Below, one piece after another: positions 9,021 to 17,299 of a stretch of DNA of 64,000 nucleotides (positions within the stretch are counted from its first letter, which is position 1; the number at the start of each line of letters is the position of its first letter). Origin of the DNA: a bacterium (GTDB lineage Bacteria; Patescibacteriota; Minisyncoccia; Phycocordibacterales; CALRBL01). The stretch covers positions 1,244-65,243 of the forward strand of contig JAIYEG010000002.1 in assembly GCA_027487075.1 (NCBI GenBank), in the 5' to 3' direction. A model generated the notes under the pieces. That model was not told the origin of the DNA. It saw nothing but the letters and a program-made list of their open reading frames with translations, and did no database searches. Position numbers and translations under genes: made by a program.

Positions 9021-10265
9021 ATGTATTATCGAATCGCGCGAAATGTAGGGAATTTTTCTCGTACAGGCGCACCAGCTACTCGTCCTTCTCGTGGAGGATA
9101 TAAAGGTTCTCGAGGACCATCTCGTGGTAACTCTCGAGGTAATCGTTTCGGAGGAAGTCGTATCGACGTGTCTCGTTATATTAGCAAAGCAGTTGTTTCT
9201 GTAGAAGAGCCTGTTGCGTATGTTCCAAAACATGCCTTTGCAGATTTTCAAGTGATGCCAGGTCTCAAGAAGAATATCGAGGTAAAGGGGTATGTTCTCC
9301 CAACACCAATTCAGGATCAATCAATCCCTGTTATCCTCGAAGGAAAGGATATCGTAGGTATTGCAAACACTGGTACCGGAAAGACCGCTGCCTTTCTTAT
9401 TCCACTTATCAACAAAGTGCTCACCGGAAAGCGTGAGCAGGTCCTTATCGTTGCACCTACGCGCGAGCTTGCACTTCAGATCAATGATGAGCTCGCAGGT
9501 TTTGCTGCAGGACTCCGTATGCACTCAGTGACCTGTGTTGGTGGAATGCCTATCGGTCGTCAGCTTGCAGGACTTCGCTACCACAATGAATTCATCATCG
9601 GAACACCGGGTCGTATCAAAGACCTTATCGAACGAAAGGCGCTTGATCTTTCGGGATTCAAGACCGTCGTGCTCGACGAGGCTGATCGTATGCTCGACAT
9701 GGGATTCATTAATGATATGAAGTTGCTTATGTCGAAGATGTCTAAGGAAAACCGACAGACACTCTTCTTCTCAGCGACGCTTTCACCAGAAATCGATCGT
9801 CTCATTAAGGATTTCCTTAAAGACCCTGTTCGAGTTTCAGTAAAGACTCAGGACACGGCGAAGAATGTCGAACAAGACATTGTGCGCGTTGGTCCTGGTT
9901 CAACCAAGATCGACACCCTTCACGATCTTCTTTCTAAAGAAGACTTCAAGAAGGTGATCGTGTTCGGACAGACCAAGCACGGCGTCGAAAAGCTCACCGA
10001 TCTTCTTCAAAAGCGAGGTCATAAAGCGGTCTCAATTCATGGAGACAAGAATCAGGCTCAGCGACAGCGAGCACTCAACGATTTCAAACAGGATCGTATG
10101 GATATTCTTGTGGCAACAGACGTTGCGGCGCGTGGCCTTGATATTAACGATATCTCACACGTGATCAACTACGAACTTCCCACATCTCACGAAGATTATA
10201 TTCACCGCATCGGTCGAACCGGTCGAGGAAATAAGAAAGGTAAGGCCTTTACGTTCGTAGACTAG
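9021..10265 (+). CDS. DEAD-box RNA helicase
   Basis: Q motif PTPIQ, ANTGTGKT, PTRELA, DEAD, SAT, HRIGRTGR. Confidence 0.95.
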   Translation: MYYRIARNVGNFSRTGAPATRPSRGGYKGSRGPSRGNSRGNRFGGSRIDVSRYISKAVVSVEEPVAYVPKHAFADFQVMPGLKKNIEVKGYVLPTPIQDQSIPVILEGKDIVGIANTGTGKTAAFLIPLINKVLTGKREQVLIVAPTRELALQINDELAGFAAGLRMHSVTCVGGMPIGRQLAGLRYHNEFIIGTPGRIKDLIERKALDLSGFKTVVLDEADRMLDMGFINDMKLLMSKMSKENRQTLFFSATLSPEIDRLIKDFLKDPVRVSVKTQDTAKNVEQDIVRVGPGSTKIDTLHDLLSKEDFKKVIVFGQTKHGVEKLTDLLQKRGHKAVSIHGDKNQAQRQRALNDFKQDRMDILVATDVAARGLDINDISHVINYELPTSHEDYIHRIGRTGRGNKKGKAFTFVD

Positions 10266-11895
10266 TTGGTTTTCCTTTCTCAAACTCACTCAGAAAAGCT
10301 CGTATCGACACATGCTCGGTGCGAGCTTTTTCTGTTGTGTGGCGAAGCGGAGTGAGAAGTGAGTGGAGATGACGTGTATCCATGATATGGGTGAGATGAG
10401 AAAGGGCTTGTTCAGCATGTGAAAGATGAGAAGAAATGTCGGTGATGATCAGAGGAAGAACGTGCTCGAAAAAGTGGGTGGTGAGATCGGTCCGACCACA
10501 CATGTGCACACTCGCGCTATTGATAAAACCGCGCTTAAGGTCATCAGGCCAATCGTGTGCGTCATCATTCATTTGACGTGCAATAAGGTAGTGTACAAAG
10601 AACGTGTGGAGGTGCTGGTACTCTGGCGAATCGGGAGTGAAGCCAAGACGTATCATGATGGTGAGTGGGCCACATGCGTGACCGATTGATTTCTCGGCAA
10701 GGACGTGGTGGCTGCCATAGTCGGGGCGGACCGCAGGCTTGTAGCAGTGTTCATATTCCCACCTGTTTGCCTGATCGATTGTGTCGAGGAGTGACAGAAT
10801 GGTGGAAAGGTGTGGTGAGTCTGCGAGTGCTTCACAAAAGAGCGAGGTGGTGGCACGCAGATGTGTGTTTGCTTCAGAGAGCTGTGAGACAGGGGCTTCG
10901 TGATCGAGAATATTGTCATATATGGTATACGCTCTCCATCCATGTTCTGTTGCCTTGCAGAGTGTTGTGATAGTTGCTTTGTTTAGTTGTTTTTTCAGAG
11001 ATGGCACGAGGTGATCGTAGAAAGCTTGTGGTAGAAGATGTGGGGTTTCGATGGTGAGGTGAGCAGGTTTGTTGCACTGTGTGGCGAGGTGTAAAGCTTC
11101 GAGGGTGAGTGCATGGGTAAGCGCGGGATTTCCGACATGTGTGTGCTTTCCACCCTTATCTCGTTCAAGGTAGAGGGGAAATGTTTCCCATGTGTGATTG
11201 CGAGCAAGTGCTTGGATATCTTCGTGAAGAAGGGTGGGTGGATATCCGAAGTTGATGAGAGTGGTCACACGAAGTGCTCGTTCAAGAATATTCTGGGGAG
11301 TGTAAGAAAGTGTGCGGGTGATAAATTCTTGAGTATGTGTTCCTGAATATCCCTTTGATATGAAATAGAGTGCCGAAAGCGGTGGATAATATGCAGAGAT
11401 AAGTGACGTTAGTGCTGATTCTATAAAAGCATTCAGATTCGGAAGCTCAACGTTTTGAAGTTTGAGAATATGTGCAATGTTTGCATTCACCACTACGTCT
11501 ACATCACTCCATTCGGCTGGTCGAGGGTGCGGATGAATCCATGTGTAGTAGGGTCCACCGAGTGTGGTTTCTGATAGAATGAGTATTTTGCTATATGACG
11601 CAAGCTTATTGGTGACAAAATCGGTGTGTCCTGCAAGGTGAAGAGCGGTGAGTGTGACTGAGAGGACGTCAAGATCATCAGGACATCGGTGTGTGAGATA
11701 TTGTGGTGATGAGCGTTTCCAGTAATTTATACATGATGCTTCATTAAATTCTGCCATGAGAAAAGTAGTTGCGCGTTGCAGCATATCTCTGACAGCTAGA
11801 TCGTGTGTGAGTGGTGCAAGTGCAATGACTATGAGACTAGTGATGAAAGTGGTGTGCTCATCGAAGGAACCGTCAGGAAGTTGTAGATGATGCAT
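10249..11895 (-). CDS. Fusion of class II terpene-cyclase/prenyltransferase-repeat-like domain and class I isoprenoid-synthase (ComQ-like) domain
   Basis: QLPDGSF (QW-like repeat), CPDDLDV, DVDVVVNANI; C-terminal AYTIYDNILD and RQMNDDAHDWPDDLKRG Asp-rich motifs; start at 11895 overlaps the kinase stop. Confidence 0.65.
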   Translation of the reverse strand: MHHLQLPDGSFDEHTTFITSLIVIALAPLTHDLAVRDMLQRATTFLMAEFNEASCINYWKRSSPQYLTHRCPDDLDVLSVTLTALHLAGHTDFVTNKLASYSKILILSETTLGGPYYTWIHPHPRPAEWSDVDVVVNANIAHILKLQNVELPNLNAFIESALTSLISAYYPPLSALYFISKGYSGTHTQEFITRTLSYTPQNILERALRVTTLINFGYPPTLLHEDIQALARNHTWETFPLYLERDKGGKHTHVGNPALTHALTLEALHLATQCNKPAHLTIETPHLLPQAFYDHLVPSLKKQLNKATITTLCKATEHGWRAYTIYDNILDHEAPVSQLSEANTHLRATTSLFCEALADSPHLSTILSLLDTIDQANRWEYEHCYKPAVRPDYGSHHVLAEKSIGHACGPLTIMIRLGFTPDSPEYQHLHTFFVHYLIARQMNDDAHDWPDDLKRGFINSASVHMCGRTDLTTHFFEHVLPLIITDISSHLSHAEQALSHLTHIMDTRHLHSLLTPLRHTTEKARTEHVSIRAFLSEFEKGKPTSLRT

Positions 11896-13273
11896 GTGGA
11901 TAGGGGAATGACATAGTAAATATGGTGCCCGAAGTGCTTGTTGAAACTGAAAGTGTGCCCTGAAAACCTGATTCAACAACATGCTTGGTGGTGGCAAGAC
12001 CTATGCCAATACCTCCCTGTTGTTTGGTGGTGAAGAAGGGGCTGAATATCTGAGGAAGGACATCATCGGGGATTCCCGGACCGTTGTCTTCGACGGTGAG
12101 AGTGATATGGGTATCGGTGTGGGTGAGGCCGACGCGCACCCATTTCTGAGTACTTTGTGTAGATGTGGTTAAGGATGAGGTGGTGTGAGCGTCTATCGCG
12201 TTTGAGATGAGGTTGGTAACGATATGTTGGAATTGAAGAGGGTTATGGAAGATACAAAATGGTTCGATGGTTGCGAGAGTGATATCAACCCCTGCTGCTT
12301 TAGCTTTGTAGTTTAGGAGTAAGATGGAATCTTCGATAACGGTGTTGAGACAGAAGTGTTCTTTGAGTTCATTTACTTTTATTTGTGATTTAATCGCAGA
12401 GAGGTAGCGTTCCATTTTGCTACTTGCTCCGAGTGATCGTTTGAGGTGATCTTTGATTTCTTGTAGTTCAGGATGAAGCGAGTTCTCTACTTGAGACAGA
12501 TTTAAGGAAATACTGAAGAGGGGGTTCACGAGATCGTGGAAGAGTCCTGATGAAAGTTTTCCGAATTCGGCGAAGTGACTGAGTTGGGCGGTGCGCTCGA
12601 CTACTTTGAGTTCGAGGAGGTCGCGCTCGTGTTGGAGTGCTTTTTCTGATGCGCGAGCTCGCTTGAGTGAGGCTTCTGTTTCTCGGTTTGAGAGCCACGA
12701 CACGGTCATGATTGCTGAAAGCATGAATGCGTAGAAGATGGTGTCGAGGATGGTGACGGGTTCGGATTTCCAATGGTATATCATTTGAATTGCAGATTCA
12801 TGAATTCCCATTTTTACAATAGTGGCGAAAATAATTGTTGTTATTAGTAATCCAAATAAATTCCCAATAAGAATACTTGATATGGTGATAACCAAGCTAT
12901 AACTCAATAGGTTTGCTGGAAGACTAACTCCCCATTTTGTTGCTGAGTATGTGGTAATTAAATAATAAGATGCAACAAGAAGTGTGGAAGCGGTATACAA
13001 GTGCCCTCGCTTATGCAGTACATATAAGAAAATGAAATATAAAAGAACAAGAACTATGTGATCAAAAGATGTTCCAGGTTCGTCAAATCCTAATGTTGTA
13101 GATAAATGAAGAACATACAATGAAGCAACAAATAAAAGCGTAATAGTTGAAATCAAAACAATATTTAAGATGTAAGTTCTTCTTGGTCTATTGTCTTCAG
13201 CAACACGAACACTCTCAGCTTTCCATGCTGTATATCGTGCACGATATGTAGCCAAGAGCTCGAGAGTATTCAT
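11873..13273 (-). CDS. Membrane sensor histidine kinase (about 6 TM + HisKA + HATPase)
   Basis: H-box FHDLVNPL, N-box NLISNAIDA, DNGPGI, FSPFFTTK, GIGIGL. Confidence 0.93.
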   Translation of the reverse strand: MNTLELLATYRARYTAWKAESVRVAEDNRPRRTYILNIVLISTITLLFVASLYVLHLSTTLGFDEPGTSFDHIVLVLLYFIFLYVLHKRGHLYTASTLLVASYYLITTYSATKWGVSLPANLLSYSLVITISSILIGNLFGLLITTIIFATIVKMGIHESAIQMIYHWKSEPVTILDTIFYAFMLSAIMTVSWLSNRETEASLKRARASEKALQHERDLLELKVVERTAQLSHFAEFGKLSSGLFHDLVNPLFSISLNLSQVENSLHPELQEIKDHLKRSLGASSKMERYLSAIKSQIKVNELKEHFCLNTVIEDSILLLNYKAKAAGVDITLATIEPFCIFHNPLQFQHIVTNLISNAIDAHTTSSLTTSTQSTQKWVRVGLTHTDTHITLTVEDNGPGIPDDVLPQIFSPFFTTKQQGGIGIGLATTKHVVESGFQGTLSVSTSTSGTIFTMSFPYPHASSTTS

Positions 13274-13283
13274 GGTGATGTTG

Positions 13284-13385
13284 CTAATCAGCCCACGGCT
13301 GGAAAGCGTCAGATGAGAGGTTTATCTGATCGACGTTTTCACGAGCCTGTTCATTGGTAAGCACATCTTTAAGCAGGGTGCTCAT
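13284..13385 (-). CDS. 33-aa ComX-like putative pheromone precursor MSTLLKDVLTNEQARENVDQINLSSDAFQPWAD
   Basis: Hand-translated: ATG at 13385, TAG at 13286-13284, 10 nt before the kinase ATG; Trp third from the C-terminus; below the ORF-track size cutoff. Confidence 0.7.
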   Translation of the reverse strand: MSTLLKDVLTNEQARENVDQINLSSDAFQPWAD

Positions 13386-13502
13386 GTGTATGTGTTGATT
13401 GTTCTTATAATATTCGACCTTTGTATGCATATCATACGGATTCGAAATAAAGAAACGTATAAGAACATATCACAAAACTGTGGAGAACTTTTGGAAAATT
13501 CC

Positions 13503-13531
13503 TTGACGGTGAACTAGTGTTCACCTATACT
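13503..13531 (+). promoter_or_regulatory. Promoter of the lexA operon with an SOS-box-like operator between -35 and -10
   Basis: TTGACG, 17 nt, TATACT; perfect palindrome GGTGAAC-TAGT-GTTCACC (13508-13525) containing GAAC-N4-GTTC. Confidence 0.85.
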
Positions 13532-13539
13532 ATATTCAT

Positions 13540-13728
13540 ATGAGCAAGAACAAATACATCAAAGAAATAGAGAGGGAATTACAAAGATTAAACGAAGTGA
13601 TTGATTTCAAGATTTTGCATGGACTTGCGTATAAAGAAGAAACGCGTCAGCATCGCAAGCTCTTGGATCAGATGAATGGTATCCGCCGTCAAAAGCGCAG
13701 TTTTAACCTATTTGGTATACTCTTTTAG
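13540..13728 (+). CDS. Small hypothetical protein co-transcribed with lexA
   Basis: 62-aa ORF directly after the promoter, 3 nt before lexA. Confidence 0.7.
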   Translation: MSKNKYIKEIERELQRLNEVIDFKILHGLAYKEETRQHRKLLDQMNGIRRQKRSFNLFGILF

Positions 13729-13731
13729 TAC

Positions 13732-14307
13732 ATGTTTGCCACCTACAAGAAAAAAATAGTCGACTTTTATAAGCAGAACCGTCGTATGCCAAGCTATGGC
13801 GAGATCATGAAGCTCACCGGCTTCAAGTCAAAGAACGCTGTCTACAAACTCATCAATAAGCTCATTGAAGCGGGAGTGGTCAGCAAAGATGCCGATGGAA
13901 AGCTTATTCCCGAAGCTATCTACGGAGAAGTGATGCGCCTCACACAACCTGTCTCTGCAGGTATGGGTGCTGAAGTGCAAGAAGAATCTATTGAAAAGCT
14001 CAACCTCACTGAATGGCTTGTCGATAATGAAAGTCAGACCTACATGGTCGACGTTCAGGGTGATTCGATGAAAGACGCTTGCATCCTCGATGGCGACACA
14101 GTTCTTGTTGAACGATCATCATCATTCCGTGATGGGCAGATTGTGGTAGCTCTTATGCAAGATGGGTACACCATTAAGTATCTTCGCAAACAGGGTAGTA
14201 AGATGCATCTCGAACCCGCAAACTCTCGCTATCGTCCTATCTATCCCACTGAAGATAACCCTATCGAGCTCATTGCCGTGGTCAAAGCGGTAATCCGCAA
14301 GTTGTAG
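13732..14307 (+). CDS. lexA: LexA repressor
   Basis: MPSYGEI wHTH, Ala-Gly cleavage site (VSAG), catalytic Ser in GDSM, Lys in YTIK. Confidence 0.88.
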   Translation: MFATYKKKIVDFYKQNRRMPSYGEIMKLTGFKSKNAVYKLINKLIEAGVVSKDADGKLIPEAIYGEVMRLTQPVSAGMGAEVQEESIEKLNLTEWLVDNESQTYMVDVQGDSMKDACILDGDTVLVERSSSFRDGQIVVALMQDGYTIKYLRKQGSKMHLEPANSRYRPIYPTEDNPIELIAVVKAVIRKL

Positions 14308-14463
14308 GCGTGTCTCACACGCTGGGTGTTGCATATCTTGCACAATGACATGTATACCAAGGAAAGTCTGCTGCCTGAAAAGTTGAAAGGGAAAAAGTAT
14401 TTAAAATAAAAAAGCCGCGCCCTGTTGCCAGGGTCGCGGGGTTTAGTGAGATGAGTAAGCAGA

Positions 14464-14985
14464 TCAACGAAACAGGTAGCCAATGTCGATCATCTTGGTC
14501 AGAGTGCGAACTGAATTTTCGAGAAAATCAGTTTTTTCCACTTGAGTTTCCTTTTCTCCGGCCAACTGATTGTAGATTCGAGCGAGGATCTCACTTTCGC
14601 TCGTAATGATGATGATCTGCAGTCCGCCCTCTTTTTCGATGGCTACCACTCCATGTTTATCGATGTAGTGGTGGGAAGCGTTCATGACATCGTGTACCAC
14701 ATTTTGGCATCGATCTTGGACTGGTGTTCCGTTGTTGCGCGCTAGGTTGGGCAGTGCGTCTGCTTTCATTCCCACCGCGTTGTGCTCCAGCAGAATTTCG
14801 GTCGTCTCCGAAGCACCTCGAACTGAGCTGCAGAAAGCAAGATGAAAAAAGGGGTTAAGAGTGTCATCTCGTAACTTCCTAATTTTACAAACCTGTTCTA
14901 CGTTGAGTTGGTGGTCTGGTCCGTTGTTAGGGCACTTTAAGAAAGTGAATGTGCAGGAAATTGAAAAGAGGACAGTGTAGTCCAT
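14464..14985 (-). CDS. Hypothetical protein (ORFan)
   Basis: 173-aa ORF with SD AAAGGA upstream and a hairpin downstream. Confidence 0.55.
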   Translation of the reverse strand: MDYTVLFSISCTFTFLKCPNNGPDHQLNVEQVCKIRKLRDDTLNPFFHLAFCSSVRGASETTEILLEHNAVGMKADALPNLARNNGTPVQDRCQNVVHDVMNASHHYIDKHGVVAIEKEGGLQIIIITSESEILARIYNQLAGEKETQVEKTDFLENSVRTLTKMIDIGYLFR

Positions 14986-15130
14986 AGAGGCATCCTTTCA
15001 GGTTGCGGTTCTTCGGGTGTGAGCTGTCAGTGGGACGAGCTATATAAAGAACCAAGGTTTACACCTTAATATCATTAAAAATAGAATAAGTCAAATAAAA
15101 AAATTACACACTAAAAGAGCCACCCCGTTT

Positions 15131-15649
15131 TCACGAGATGGCTTTTTGTGAGAGCTTCAGTGCTCCAGCAATGGACACGATGGCGCTGGCAATCTGGAAA
15201 TCTGCGAAGAACTGCTGTCCTTTGTGGTATCCAAGATATGCTGCGAGCACGTGTCCCAGAGCGTAGAGCCACCATCCAGCTTTCGGGTGCTGATGAGTGA
15301 GCAAGAATGTCCCAAGGAGAAGCCCGAGTGACGATCCAAGCTCTACGATCGTGATGAGTCCGCTCCAGGCAAAGTAGCCGAGTGCGAGCATCACCATAAT
15401 CGTTATCATTCGAATCCACGTTTCCACCTTCGGGTTTTTGCGTTCCTTCTTCAGGAATGCATAGACCATCAATGCGATGAGTCCAAACTCGAGAGCAGTG
15501 TAGACGTAGAGGTGAATAAGGTAAAAGTAGAAAATTGCGAGTGTTGCTGCAATCGCTCCGAGAAGCCATCCTACTTTCTTTTCAGTGAGTACGAAAACTT
15601 TCTGTGTGAAGAAGATCACTGAGACCAGGATTTGAAGTGTCCAGATCAT
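15131..15649 (-). CDS. Membrane protein with internal duplication, PnuC-like
   Basis: Two repeats (KKVGWLLG / PKAGWWLY), about 6 TM; SD GGAGGT. Confidence 0.55.
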   Translation of the reverse strand: MIWTLQILVSVIFFTQKVFVLTEKKVGWLLGAIAATLAIFYFYLIHLYVYTALEFGLIALMVYAFLKKERKNPKVETWIRMITIMVMLALGYFAWSGLITIVELGSSLGLLLGTFLLTHQHPKAGWWLYALGHVLAAYLGYHKGQQFFADFQIASAIVSIAGALKLSQKAIS

Positions 15650-15785
15650 GTGAGGTTACCTCCATTTTTGGGTTTTCTACAGCTCTGTGAGTGGCTGTAT
15701 CTATAAAAGCACCTCAATGCACTTATAGATACAGCCAGATATAAAGAACCATTCTAATTATATCAATATAAATTGTATTTGTCAA

Positions 15786-16505
15786 TTAATACATCCGCTC
15801 CGCATACACCGTCACGCTGCGACGCTTTGCATTCTTGGTCTTGCGCAGGTGTCCGTGCGACTTGAGGACTTTGTGAATCTTGAAATGTGGACTGAGAAGC
15901 TGATCAATTTCCTCTTCGGTGAACACATGCTCTGCCACACCGATTTCGGGATGGATATATGAACCCGCTTCGTCTGCAGGATTTTCTTTCAGAAGACGCT
16001 TGGCATGGCGATCCTCATCGAGAAGGAATGTCTTGAAGAAGAGCCAACCCCCAGGCTTCATGATGCGGGTGAGTTCTGTGAGGAGTTCGGCGCGCTCTTC
16101 GTTGTTTAGGAAGTGCGATACCATCATGTCGAGCACGATGGTGATTGATTCATCCTCGAAGGGAAGATGTCCGGCGATAGAGCGTGCTTCGAAAGTGAGA
16201 GGAAGGTTCGATGTGGCTGCGGTCTTGCGCGCGATAGCGACTGCAGACTGCGCAATGTCATATCCAGTGCCTTTCATGCCGAATTCGCGTGAGAGGTAGA
16301 TGATATTGCGGCCATTGCCACAGCCGAGGTCGAGGACGGTCTCGCGGTGATTCAAAAATTCACCTCCCGACTCACGTTCAAGAAAGCGCACGAACTTCTG
16401 CAAGTCCTCGCTTGGTTCTTCTGAAAGGGTAAGGTGTTGACCACCGCGATACTCCTTGTCCCAGAAGCCTTGTGAACTTTTGGAGCCTTTTCTTCGCTTT
16501 TTCAT
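15786..16505 (-). CDS. Class I SAM-dependent methyltransferase
   Basis: VLDLGCGNGRN, MKPGG. Confidence 0.85.
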   Translation of the reverse strand: MKKRRKGSKSSQGFWDKEYRGGQHLTLSEEPSEDLQKFVRFLERESGGEFLNHRETVLDLGCGNGRNIIYLSREFGMKGTGYDIAQSAVAIARKTAATSNLPLTFEARSIAGHLPFEDESITIVLDMMVSHFLNNEERAELLTELTRIMKPGGWLFFKTFLLDEDRHAKRLLKENPADEAGSYIHPEIGVAEHVFTEEEIDQLLSPHFKIHKVLKSHGHLRKTKNAKRRSVTVYAERMY

Positions 16506-16527
16506 TGATTTGAGTATACTACATGCT

Positions 16528-17247
16528 ATGAGCAACAAAATCTATATTCATGGCAAACACGCCGTCAAAGAGGCCCTCGTGCATATTCCTCAGGCTATCA
16601 ATCAGGTTATGACGGCACAAGCATTCGATGACAAAGACATTATGCAGCTCGTGCGCAAAGCCGGCATCGCGCAAGGGAAGTTCGATCCTTCAAGTGCACC
16701 AAAAGGCCACCAAGGCGTGATGGCGCAGGTCCTCATGAACAATCTCGTGCGCCAAGAAAAGGCATTTTTCGAAACGCTCGAGGTGACACCTCGTACGTGT
16801 CTTGTGATATTGGGAGAGCTTCAGGATCCGCACAATGTGGGAGCAGTGATTCGTTCAGCTGCAGCGTTTGGTGCAACGGCCGTGCTCATCCCGGAACATA
16901 ATCAAGCACCGATCAATGGAACGGTGGTGAAGGTGTCTGCGGGTATGGCATTTCGTATTCCGCTTGTTGAAGTGGCAAACATCAACAACACCCTCCGCGA
17001 TCTCAAGAAGAAGGGCTTTTGGATCTACGGTCTTGAAGGGGAATCAAAGACCAGTATTCATGATGAAAAGTTTGAAGCACCAACCGCCATCATTCTCGGC
17101 AACGAAGCCGAAGGTATTCGAGAAAAAACCAAAGCACTTTGCGATGTGCTCCTCTCAATCCCCATGGATCCTCGCTGTGAGTCGCTCAACGCAGCAGCAA
17201 GTGCTGCGGTGGCTTTGTATGCGTGGAGTGTGCGACACGTGAGATAA
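16528..17247 (+). CDS. rlmB: 23S rRNA 2'-O-methyltransferase, TrmH/SpoU family
   Basis: IHGKHAV, HQGV, QDPHNVGAVIRSA, LGNEAEGI, SLNAA. Confidence 0.85.
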   Translation: MSNKIYIHGKHAVKEALVHIPQAINQVMTAQAFDDKDIMQLVRKAGIAQGKFDPSSAPKGHQGVMAQVLMNNLVRQEKAFFETLEVTPRTCLVILGELQDPHNVGAVIRSAAAFGATAVLIPEHNQAPINGTVVKVSAGMAFRIPLVEVANINNTLRDLKKKGFWIYGLEGESKTSIHDEKFEAPTAIILGNEAEGIREKTKALCDVLLSIPMDPRCESLNAAASAAVALYAWSVRHVR

Positions 17248-17299
17248 AATAAAATGCCCCATCTTTTCAGATGAGGACTTGGTTGAAGTTGTTGAGAAT

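Noticed and set aside
11896..11997. N-terminal extension of the 582-aa ORF (track start 11997)
   Set aside because: It lies inside the kinase gene in another frame; the ATG at 11895 begins directly at the QxxDGSF motif and gives normal coupling.
10262..12300. Strong G/T skew on the plus strand as a possible separate element
   Set aside because: Coincides with C/A-rich codons (His, Thr, Leu, Pro) of the minus-strand genes; no boundaries or repeats found.
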